This document shows, in pieces, positions 49,115 to 57,630 of a stretch of 64,000 bases of DNA; the first letter of the stretch is position 1, and every line of letters begins with the position of its first letter. Under the pieces are notes generated by a model. It saw only the letters and a list, made by a program, of their open reading frames with translations, was not told where the DNA came from and ran no database searches. Position numbers and translations under genes: made by a program. Origin of the DNA: Roseibacillus sp. (GTDB lineage: Bacteria > Verrucomicrobiota > Verrucomicrobiia > Verrucomicrobiales > Akkermansiaceae); NCBI GenBank assembly GCA_051251855.1, contig JBPOGI010000001.1:1536001-1600000 (forward strand), written 5' to 3'.

Positions 49115-50410
49115 ATGCACAACTTCACCTCCCGTCGCCAAGTCCTCAAAACTACTACTGCTGCTGGAACCCTAGCAGCCATCGGAATGCCTCACATCGC
49201 AAAAGCACAGGCTGGTAACAACGAAACAATCAAAGTGGGCATCATTGGATGCGGAGGACGTGGAACAGGCGCCGTTGGCCAAGCCCTCAAGGCAGATCCT
49301 AATGTCAAACTCTGGGCTGCCGGCGACGCCTTCCAAGCCCCCATGGACCGCTGCCTTCAGAACATTTCCTCTTTTGGCGAACGGTCCAAAGTTCCTGCAG
49401 AGCGTCAGTTCACTGGCATCGACTGCTACCAAGACGTCATTGCCTCCGGCGTCGACCTTGTCATTCTCACCGCAGCCCCAGGCTTCCGCCCCCGTCATAT
49501 CGCGGCTGCGGTTGAAGCTGGAATTCACATGTTTGTCGAAAAGCCGATGGCTGTAGACCCAGCAGGCCTGCGCTCTGTGCTCGCCTCTGTCATGAAGGCC
49601 AAGGCCAAAGGGCTCTCAATTCAAAATGGATTCTGCTGGCGATTTCATCCCGCCGTCATTGAAGCTTATACCAAGATCACCTCTGGCGAATACGGACGCG
49701 TCAACGCCGTCTATGGCACCTACCTCGCCAGCCCTGTCCGCCCTCTCGCCAACAACGCCAAGAAGCCCGAGGGTATGGGCTCAGTCGAGTGGCAAGTCGC
49801 CAACTGGATCAACTTTGACTGGCTCTCCGGTGGCCCCCTCCTAGAGCAAGCCATCCATACCACCGACAAAGTGGCTTGGGCCATGAACGATGCCAAACCA
49901 CTCGCTGCGGTCGGAACAGGAGGCAAAGTGGCCCGCACCGATCCCGGCAACGTATACGATCACCACAACGTCACCTACGAATACGCTGACAACGTTTTCT
50001 GCCACGTTGGCCAACGGCAAATTCAAGGCGTGCACAACGAAGTCATTGACCGCGTCACCTGCGACGACGCCACTGTCGTCGGACCTGGGCGATGCTTTGC
50101 CAAGGACCACAAGGGCAAAATGATTTGGCGCTCCAAGGCCAAGCCCGGTGAAGAACAGGACATGTATCAGATCGAGCACAACCAGCTCTTTGCAGCTCTC
50201 CGTGCAGGCCAACAGGTCAACGGCGGCGAACACATGATCAACTCCACCGCTCACGCCCTCTTAGGAGCCTATGCTGCGCAAACGGGTCAGCGTGTCACTT
50301 GGGATGATCTCTGGAAATCCGACCTCGATCTCGCCCCCGAGACTCTCGCTTTCGAAGACGACTTCCAACCCGCCAGCCTTCCGATTCCCGGCCAATTCAA
50401 GCTCGCCTAA
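49115..50410 (+). CDS. Tat-exported Gfo/Idh/MocA oxidoreductase
   Basis: SRRQVLK Tat motif; GIIGCGGRG; EKP; EQAIH. Confidence 0.9.
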   Translation: MHNFTSRRQVLKTTTAAGTLAAIGMPHIAKAQAGNNETIKVGIIGCGGRGTGAVGQALKADPNVKLWAAGDAFQAPMDRCLQNISSFGERSKVPAERQFTGIDCYQDVIASGVDLVILTAAPGFRPRHIAAAVEAGIHMFVEKPMAVDPAGLRSVLASVMKAKAKGLSIQNGFCWRFHPAVIEAYTKITSGEYGRVNAVYGTYLASPVRPLANNAKKPEGMGSVEWQVANWINFDWLSGGPLLEQAIHTTDKVAWAMNDAKPLAAVGTGGKVARTDPGNVYDHHNVTYEYADNVFCHVGQRQIQGVHNEVIDRVTCDDATVVGPGRCFAKDHKGKMIWRSKAKPGEEQDMYQIEHNQLFAALRAGQQVNGGEHMINSTAHALLGAYAAQTGQRVTWDDLWKSDLDLAPETLAFEDDFQPASLPIPGQFKLA

Positions 50411-50419
50411 TCCCGCAGC

Positions 50420-51553
50420 GTGAAACTCTCTTATTTTTGGCTCCCCAGTCTTGTTCTGACCCTCGCTTTTGAGGCGAAGGAAACTACCATCCTTCCCCAA
50501 ATACCAGAGAAACTCCCAGCGCTAGAACAGCTCGAACTCACAAAAAAACTACACGCCTTCATCACTGAACAGGCCAAGCAGGAAGGACACCTAGACTACG
50601 AACAAAAGGTTCCCAAAGCGGACAACCTCCCACTCCAGCTCATCGCCATATCCGGAGGCGACTTTCAATTCGGCGATGCCACAGCCGAACAGCGTCAAAT
50701 CAAGCTCTCCCCTTTCTGGATTTCCGCTACCGAAATCACTTGGGCACTCTACGATCCCTTTTGGCAAAACGACCCAGAATTCAATAACCCCCGCAACAAA
50801 GACGGTAGCCGCGACCGTGACAACGATCGCTACACCGTCGAAAAACCCGACCTCGAGAACTCCACCCTCGTCGACGCAGTCTCCCAGCCGACCATTCAGT
50901 ATCACGACATGTTCATGAACGGCAGCTTCGCTCACACCCCAGAGCATCCCGCCATGGACATGACCAACCACGCCGCAGCTAAATTCTGCCAATGGCTCTC
51001 CGCTCAAACCGGATACTTCTACCGCCTGCCCACCGAAGCCGAATGGGAATACGCCTGCCGCGCCGGCACCACCACTGCCTACTCCTTTGGCGACGATGCT
51101 GAGCAACTCTCCGAACACGCCTGGTTTGTCGACAACGGCGATTTCACCTATCAAAAAGTAGCTCTCAAAAAGCCCAACCCCTGGGGCCTCTTCGATATGC
51201 ATGGCAATGTTGCTGAGTGGACCATCGACGCCCACCACCCCGATCATCTCTCCAAACTCAAGGACGGCACCACCAACCCCTGGTTTTTCCCCACCAAGCG
51301 CTACCCTCGCGTCATCCGAGGAGGCTCTTGGGACGACGATCCCGACATGCTCCGCAGCGATGCACGGCTCGCCTCCGACAAAAATCTCAAAATTCAAGAC
51401 CCTCAGACCCCCAACTCAATTTGGTATCACACCAATGCCCAACACGTCGGCTTCCGCGTAGTGCGTCCGCAGACCATCCCCTCCGTCGAAGAAATGCATC
51501 TCTTTTGGAACTCCGATTTCCTCAGCGTCGAACGGACTCAAGAAGATCTATAG
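50420..51553 (+). CDS. FGE-sulfatase (SUMF1) domain protein lacking the catalytic cysteines
   Basis: RLPTEAEWEYACRAG, PNPWGLFDMHGNVAEW, RGGSW and GFRVV motifs. Confidence 0.88.
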   Translation: MKLSYFWLPSLVLTLAFEAKETTILPQIPEKLPALEQLELTKKLHAFITEQAKQEGHLDYEQKVPKADNLPLQLIAISGGDFQFGDATAEQRQIKLSPFWISATEITWALYDPFWQNDPEFNNPRNKDGSRDRDNDRYTVEKPDLENSTLVDAVSQPTIQYHDMFMNGSFAHTPEHPAMDMTNHAAAKFCQWLSAQTGYFYRLPTEAEWEYACRAGTTTAYSFGDDAEQLSEHAWFVDNGDFTYQKVALKKPNPWGLFDMHGNVAEWTIDAHHPDHLSKLKDGTTNPWFFPTKRYPRVIRGGSWDDDPDMLRSDARLASDKNLKIQDPQTPNSIWYHTNAQHVGFRVVRPQTIPSVEEMHLFWNSDFLSVERTQEDL

Positions 51554-51626
51554 CGGAACTTCCTTAACAGACTCCTTTTTCGCTCCAATCATTGCGACTT
51601 CGTCTCAGGTCAGTTACACCGCCCTT

Positions 51627-52226
51627 GTGCAAGTCACCCAAACAACCTTCCTCACATCCTCGCCCGATTTGGCGGGATGCCCCGAGACCCCGTTGTCTGA
51701 AGTCGCCTTCATCGGTCGCTCTAATGTCGGCAAATCCTCTCTCCTCAACATGGTGACCACCCGCAAGGAGCTCGCCAAGACCTCCTCCCGCCCTGGTAAA
51801 ACAGAGCTCATCAACTACTTTTTTATCCCTCCCAAAACAGGACATCTCGTCGATCTTCCTGGCTACGGCTATGCCCGAAAGTCGAAGGAGCGCCGCGACA
51901 TGTTCGCCTCCCTCATCACCGAATACATCTCAGATCGCGAACAGCTCAAACACGTCTTTGTCCTTGTCGATTCCATGATTCCACCCCAACAGATCGATCT
52001 CGACTTCATTCTCTGGCTCGCAGACCTCGGACGCCCTCACACCATTCTTTTCACCAAAACGGACCGAATCAAGAAAACCGCCTTGGCTAAAAACATCGAG
52101 AAGTTTCGGGCAACCCTTGGCGAACACTACAACCCATTGCCAGAGATGATTCTCACCTCTTCCAAAAAGGGCACCGGCAAATCCGAAATTCTAGCGGTGG
52201 TTCGCAACTCCTTAGCCACCAAATAA
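51627..52226 (+). CDS. engB: Ribosome biogenesis GTPase EngB/YihA/YsxC
   Basis: GRSNVGKSS, PGKT, DLPGYGYA and TKTD motifs. Confidence 0.95.
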   Translation: MQVTQTTFLTSSPDLAGCPETPLSEVAFIGRSNVGKSSLLNMVTTRKELAKTSSRPGKTELINYFFIPPKTGHLVDLPGYGYARKSKERRDMFASLITEYISDREQLKHVFVLVDSMIPPQQIDLDFILWLADLGRPHTILFTKTDRIKKTALAKNIEKFRATLGEHYNPLPEMILTSSKKGTGKSEILAVVRNSLATK

Positions 52227-52231
52227 ACTCC

Positions 52232-52519
52232 CTAAACACCCGCAATAAGAGCTAACTTCTGCTTCCTAGTAAGAGATTTGATCCGAAGTTCCTCTTTGCA
52301 GGCCTCTGAGCGATTTCCAATCTCCCTTTGATAAACCAATGTGAGGGGCTGCTTACCACGGGTATACTTCGCCCCCTTGGGACCTTGAGACCCGTGTTCC
52401 TCGAATCTTCTCGCTACATCGGTCGCTATTCCGGTGTAGAGAGAATCATCACCACAACGAATCAGGTAGACAGACCATCGTATCACCGCCACTGCCTCCT
52501 CGCTTTTCTTCCCCTTCAT
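52232..52519 (-). CDS. GIY-YIG nuclease family protein (YhbQ/UPF0213-like)
   Basis: VYLIRC.DDSLYTGIATD..RRF..H..GAKYTRG motif; start uncertain. Confidence 0.88.
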   Translation of the reverse strand: MKGKKSEEAVAVIRWSVYLIRCGDDSLYTGIATDVARRFEEHGSQGPKGAKYTRGKQPLTLVYQREIGNRSEACKEELRIKSLTRKQKLALIAGV

Positions 52520-52711
52520 CGTGCTCCATCGCAGTGTTGCAGTAACCGTCACCATTCCAAGTGAGAAGAATCGTTTTTCTATTCAGGCTTGGAGACCAAT
52601 GCAGCCACTCCAAACTACCGCAGACCAAGAGCTGGCTATCATCAGACCATTAGAAAAACCTTGTTCTTTGACTCTCAGAGCCTTAATGTCCCTTCGTTCA
52701 CCCTATAACTT

Positions 52712-53230
52712 ATGAAGAAGTTCCTCATCTGTCCCCTTGCCTTGTTCGCTTCCCTCTCATCTCTGAGCGCGTTTTCCTTGGATTTCACTGGTTTTTACGA
52801 AAGCCTCGGTGCTGAACCTGACTATTCTTTCAGTGAAGGTGATAGCGGTGCTATCGCGGTCGACGACTATGGATTCTTGACCTTCATTATCCCCTCTGAG
52901 AATCCAAGCATTGTCCCTCTCTCTGACACCTATGGCGATGCCGCTCTTGAGTTCACCGACGGCCAGTCCATTCTCGTGCAATTTGTTCAGAATGCGGAAG
53001 TTACAGGCACCCCTACCAATGTGAGCCTGAACTCGATTGGTGATGGTGGCACTGGAACCTACAGCATCTTCTCAAGCAACCCAGGCGAGCCAGTCATCGG
53101 ACAGATCACTTGGGCCGGTGCTAATGGTGGAGTTGAATCAATTAGCTTTGATACCGCAGTCATTCCTGAACCTTCTGTTTCCCTGCTGGGAGGAGTTGGA
53201 ATGCTCGCCCTTCTTCGCCGTCGTCGCTAG
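52712..53230 (+). CDS. PEP-CTERM sorting domain protein
   Basis: Signal peptide; IPEPSVSLLGGVGMLALLRRRR. Confidence 0.92.
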   Translation: MKKFLICPLALFASLSSLSAFSLDFTGFYESLGAEPDYSFSEGDSGAIAVDDYGFLTFIIPSENPSIVPLSDTYGDAALEFTDGQSILVQFVQNAEVTGTPTNVSLNSIGDGGTGTYSIFSSNPGEPVIGQITWAGANGGVESISFDTAVIPEPSVSLLGGVGMLALLRRRR

Positions 53231-53261
53231 ACCGCAGGCCAATTCGCTTAACTTTTTGAAG

Positions 53262-53287
53262 AAGCCCTCGAGACCGAGGGCTTTTTT
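53262..53287 (+). terminator. Rho-independent terminator
   Basis: AAGCCCTCG-agac-CGAGGGCTT followed by a T run. Confidence 0.85.
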
Positions 53288-53373
53288 GTGTCTTTCTCTT
53301 GGCCAAATCATATTCCAACGATTGCGCCTCTGCCAATTGAGCGTAAAACTCTCCTTTGTCTCTCCGTAAGATT

Positions 53374-54894
53374 ATGATGCTTCGCCGCTTCCTCTCCCTC
53401 TTCTTTCTCACCTCCATTCTATCGAACTCAGCCGAGACTAAGCCTAACGTTATCCTCATCTTTGCCGACGACCTCGGACCGGGCATGCTGGGCTGCTACG
53501 GGCAGAAACTCGTAAAAACACCTCACATAGACCAATTGGCTCACGAGGGCATCAAGTTCTCCAACTACTACGGAGGAGTCTACTGTGCTCCTTCTCGCTG
53601 GACGCTCCTCACCGGTCTCCATGATGGCCGCATCGGAGGCTGGTCCCAAACTCGGGCTGGACTCCCCATTCAGCGCGATGCTGAAAGAATCACTGAACAA
53701 GTTTATCAGGAACGCCTCGCCGAACTAAAAGCAAAGGCCCACCCCATTGCCGAAAACGAAGTCTTCCTCGCCCAAGTTGCACAAAAAGCCGGCTACCGCA
53801 CCGCCCAATTTGGAAAGCTAGACCGAGGTTTTCTCACATGGCATGAACGTGTGAAGCGATTTGGCTGGGACTTCTACGAAGGCTATTACGATCATCAGCG
53901 CTGCCATGGCTTCTACCCCGCCTATCTTTGGCGCAATGGAGAAAAGTTCGAACTCCCAGGCAACCACGATCCCGCTTGCGGAGTGAGAAGCGAAAAGGGA
54001 GACGAGCCCGTGGGATCTGGAGGCCAAACCTACTCCCAGAATGTTTTCATCAGAGGTATTCTCAAGTTCATCCGCGAAAACAAGGACAGGCCTTTCTTCC
54101 TCTACCACCCCACTCAACTCCCCCATGGACCTGTTGCCATTCCCCAACTTCATCCCGACTTTGCCGACCACCCCACTCTTTCCTTGGCAGAAAAAAAATA
54201 TGCTTCCATGGTCAAAATGCTCGACGACCACGTCGGTCTCATCATGGCCGAATTAAAAGAACAAGGTATCGACGATAACACCATTGTCATCTTCACCTCC
54301 GACAATGGACACGAACTTTATTACGGACCTAAACCTGAATTCAAACAACAACTCCTCCCCGACGGCCAGAAAGCGAACCTCACTAACCGTAAATGGCGCA
54401 CCTCCGAGGCTGGCGACGTCTTTGATGGCGCAGGTGGCCGCGCGGGACTTAAGCGCAGTGGCTATCAAGGAGGAATGCAATGCCCCCTCATCGCTCGCTG
54501 GCCCGGGAAAATTTCACCCAATACCGAGAGCAGCCTCCTCTCCGCGCACTATGACTTCATGGCTACCCTAGCAGAAATTTGCGGAAACAAGGCCCCCTCT
54601 GGCAAAGACAGCATCTCCTATCTCCCTACCCTTCTTGGCCTCCCACAAGAGGAAAAACACGACTATCTCATCATCAACAATAAGTTCGCACGCATGGCAT
54701 CCAGCGCCCTCATTGCGCAAGACGGGATGAAAGTGGTGGAAGCAAACCGGAAAGAGAAGCGCTATCAGCTCTACAATATCCTCACCGACAATGAAGAGCG
54801 CCACGAACTCTCAAAAGAGCATCCCCAGCGTCTCAAAGACCTCCGCAAAACCCTCCAAAGCGAACTCAACTCCAAGCGTCCCGACTTACCGTAA
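53374..54894 (+). CDS. Secreted S1 Cys-type sulfatase (arylsulfatase-like)
   Basis: DDLG, CAPSR, GKLD, QLPHGP and SDNGH motifs. Confidence 0.9.
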   Translation: MMLRRFLSLFFLTSILSNSAETKPNVILIFADDLGPGMLGCYGQKLVKTPHIDQLAHEGIKFSNYYGGVYCAPSRWTLLTGLHDGRIGGWSQTRAGLPIQRDAERITEQVYQERLAELKAKAHPIAENEVFLAQVAQKAGYRTAQFGKLDRGFLTWHERVKRFGWDFYEGYYDHQRCHGFYPAYLWRNGEKFELPGNHDPACGVRSEKGDEPVGSGGQTYSQNVFIRGILKFIRENKDRPFFLYHPTQLPHGPVAIPQLHPDFADHPTLSLAEKKYASMVKMLDDHVGLIMAELKEQGIDDNTIVIFTSDNGHELYYGPKPEFKQQLLPDGQKANLTNRKWRTSEAGDVFDGAGGRAGLKRSGYQGGMQCPLIARWPGKISPNTESSLLSAHYDFMATLAEICGNKAPSGKDSISYLPTLLGLPQEEKHDYLIINNKFARMASSALIAQDGMKVVEANRKEKRYQLYNILTDNEERHELSKEHPQRLKDLRKTLQSELNSKRPDLP

Positions 54895-54920
54895 GGCTCG
54901 AGTCTCTCTAAAGATTTCCT

Positions 54921-57332
54921 TCAGTCGCTTTCTTCAAAATCGAGCTCCACTTTGAAGAAGGCTTTTTCGTTTCCTTCATGAGTGCGAAAACTCATCCAAC
55001 GGTAACTTTCGTTGAGTGCCGGCAAGCCCGTAGGATTGGGAATCACTGAAATCGCTTCTCCCCATTCTTGTAAATCGAAAGAAGAACGAATCTGATAGTT
55101 CATTCCACCAACTTGATAGGAACTCCCTTCACCTTGGCCTCCAGCGAGGACAGGGACGCTGAAAAACTTCATTCCATTGTCGTCTTCTTCACTCTGGAAT
55201 AGAAAAGGACCACACGCACCAGAGAAGAGATTCGGATTCAAGCCAAAGGCAAATTCCTTGAGAGACTGAGACTCAAAGCTATTCGCAAAATAATCGATCC
55301 CAGCCTGCTGAAGCGCCAAAGCCTCAGCTCCCGCGGTTATCTCGAATTCAATCCAGTTGAGATTCGTTCCGTCTCCAGTCGTTTCGATGCGCAGAACTTG
55401 CTCTCCCGAAAACGGAATCACGATTCCCTCCAATTCAGACGATTCCCACGAATTGAAAGCCCCCGTATCAGGGACTACGAATAGCCCTAATTCCTGTCCA
55501 CTCATGAGCAACCTCAGCGGTGCGGGATTGTCTAGGCCACTCGCCGTTCTTACTATCACCCTGTATATTCCGGGAGTGACGTTGACCGTGTATTCCACCC
55601 ACTCGTTGGAGTCAAAATAGCCAAGACCGAAACTCCCATCCACGTCGCCCGAAGGCTCAATATCGACTCCCTCATCCCGATAGCTCCCTGTGATGTTAAA
55701 GTCCTCGTTATCTTGATACCCAATTCCTTGCCCACCGGTATCGAAATTTTCCGCCTCAACTCGATCTGGAATATTAGCGAGATTCCCGTCGAAAGGAGCT
55801 TGGCCTTCATTGTCTTGTGCGGTCTCAAAACGAACCCAATCGAGCGCAAAGCCACCGCCCTCAAATTCCAATCTCAAAGTGACCTCTCCCGATGTTTGTA
55901 GGCTCAGATCACTCAACTCCAGAGTCCTCCATCCTGATTCCCCGCCATCAGCAAAGACCGCGCGTCGCCCCACTTCCTCGCCATCAATCAAAACTCGGAT
56001 AGAACTGGCCAAGAAAGGCGCTCCCGCCACACGAGCTAAGAAATTGTAATCTCCAGAGCTCAAATCAACGGTGTACTCCAGCCATTCCCCATCCTCAATT
56101 TGAGTGACGACATAACCACCGTCAGATTCAGTAGAAGGCAATAAATCGACCCCTTCATCGCGATAATCGTCGCCTAAGTTCTCCGCATCTCTGTCGAAAT
56201 ACGCGACCTCTCTTCCCCCTTGATCGAAATCCTCCGCCTCAATCGAACCCGGAATTGAAAGCTCCTCGTTAAAGACAGCTTGTTCCGGATAAATGATCGT
56301 TTCCGCTATCAATTCGAGGTTCGTCAGGCTCCCTCGCACAGTATCGGTGCTGTAAACGGTTGCTAAACCGCTTCTACTCGCGTCAGTAGAGGTGGCGCTG
56401 AGTGTCGCGGTATCAAATTCTGACAGGGAAAGAATCTCTGGCAGCTGATCTGATTGAAAAACGGTTCCTGATGAATCTTCAAAGAGAAATTGAAAGGTCG
56501 TCCCACTGGATGTTCCTGATCGGTAATCAACCTGATAGGCACGATAGTAGAGCGAAAGGCTGTCTTCAACCGAAGCCGCTGGTGTTTCGAAATCTGACTC
56601 CGTGAAATCATTTTTCACAGTCGCAGTTAGCCTTGCGAAGGAATTCGAACTGTTGAACCACGTCGACTGGTTTCCAAGCTTTGCTGACTGATAATAAATA
56701 CCATATCTAGCATCTCCAGTATCTTTCAGACCATCGAATTGGCCTAACGAAGGATCCAACGGCTGAGAATCAGAGAAGGAGCGATTTAGAGTGAACCTTC
56801 CAGCCGTCAGGTCACCAGTGAAGATCTGCCCGCTTCCTCCACTAACACCAGGAGGTCCGTTGCTTACCCTGCCCGAAGATTCTCTACTGTCTATCGTCTG
56901 CTCGAACGAATAGTGCTGAATATGCAACACCTCAGAAGAGGTCGGAATTGAAATAGAGGACCACTCGTTATAAATATCCTCATCAGAGGTAATGATATTA
57001 AAACGGTGAGAACCGCTAACAAGGTTCTCCTTGATTGGAATCTCGATCCAAAACGAAAGACTCCCTTCAGAGAAGGTGTAGTCCACTTCCCTTGGAAAAT
57101 CGAAGGAACTCAAGCTCGCAGGGTCATCTAGTGAGAGGCTGAAATTTATATCTCGAGGAGCAGGAATGAATTCAATCACTCCAGACTCCCTTAAGCGGAC
57201 TTCTATTTTAACCACCCCATCCCGCTGATTGAAATATGAGTCAAAACTCAAAAATGTGAGAGCCTGAAGTTGGCAGAGAGCTCCGGAAAACAGGAACGTC
57301 CAAAACAAAGCTGTGGTCTTGTGAAAAATCAT
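54921..57332 (-). CDS. Secreted protein with two CBM6-like modules and a Verrucomicrobia-type C-terminal domain
   Basis: Tandem 'IEAEDFDQGG...YRDEGVD...GEWLEYTV' and 'VEAENFDTGG...YRDEGVD...EWVEYTV' modules; no catalytic domain recognised. Confidence 0.8.
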   Translation of the reverse strand: MIFHKTTALFWTFLFSGALCQLQALTFLSFDSYFNQRDGVVKIEVRLRESGVIEFIPAPRDINFSLSLDDPASLSSFDFPREVDYTFSEGSLSFWIEIPIKENLVSGSHRFNIITSDEDIYNEWSSISIPTSSEVLHIQHYSFEQTIDSRESSGRVSNGPPGVSGGSGQIFTGDLTAGRFTLNRSFSDSQPLDPSLGQFDGLKDTGDARYGIYYQSAKLGNQSTWFNSSNSFARLTATVKNDFTESDFETPAASVEDSLSLYYRAYQVDYRSGTSSGTTFQFLFEDSSGTVFQSDQLPEILSLSEFDTATLSATSTDASRSGLATVYSTDTVRGSLTNLELIAETIIYPEQAVFNEELSIPGSIEAEDFDQGGREVAYFDRDAENLGDDYRDEGVDLLPSTESDGGYVVTQIEDGEWLEYTVDLSSGDYNFLARVAGAPFLASSIRVLIDGEEVGRRAVFADGGESGWRTLELSDLSLQTSGEVTLRLEFEGGGFALDWVRFETAQDNEGQAPFDGNLANIPDRVEAENFDTGGQGIGYQDNEDFNITGSYRDEGVDIEPSGDVDGSFGLGYFDSNEWVEYTVNVTPGIYRVIVRTASGLDNPAPLRLLMSGQELGLFVVPDTGAFNSWESSELEGIVIPFSGEQVLRIETTGDGTNLNWIEFEITAGAEALALQQAGIDYFANSFESQSLKEFAFGLNPNLFSGACGPFLFQSEEDDNGMKFFSVPVLAGGQGEGSSYQVGGMNYQIRSSFDLQEWGEAISVIPNPTGLPALNESYRWMSFRTHEGNEKAFFKVELDFEESD

Positions 57333-57558
57333 TGCCTTTGAGGGTTAATTCTCAGCCAAAGATCAATTTTCTCGGTTGAGATTAAGGACACCTAACAAAT
57401 ACACCTATAAGTAGCGACTAATTTTTTTAAACCCAGGCAATAGGCACCCACAACCAACGACTTAGGAATAGTTGAAATTGAGTTCAATTTGCTCTTTAAA
57501 AATAGATCTTCGGCAATACTTCAGGACCCTCCCCATCCTTGCAGCTGGTTAGAAACGC

Positions 57559-57592
57559 AAAAAATCCGGATACCTCTTTCGAGATATCCGGA
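57559..57592 (-). terminator. Rho-independent terminator of rpoBC
   Basis: Minus strand TCCGGATATCTC-GAAA-GAGGTATCCGGA-TTTTTT. Confidence 0.88.
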
Positions 57593-57630
57593 CTTAAAAC
57601 TAATTGAGCGACTCTTAGGTCGCCTTGCTG

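Noticed and set aside
50420..51553. Sulfatase-maturing formylglycine-generating enzyme
   Set aside because: The catalytic cysteines are absent, so it is probably not the maturase for the six sulfatases.
52232..52519. GIY-YIG protein as homing endonuclease or mobile element
   Set aside because: Short stand-alone YhbQ-type protein; no intron, intein or flanking repeats.
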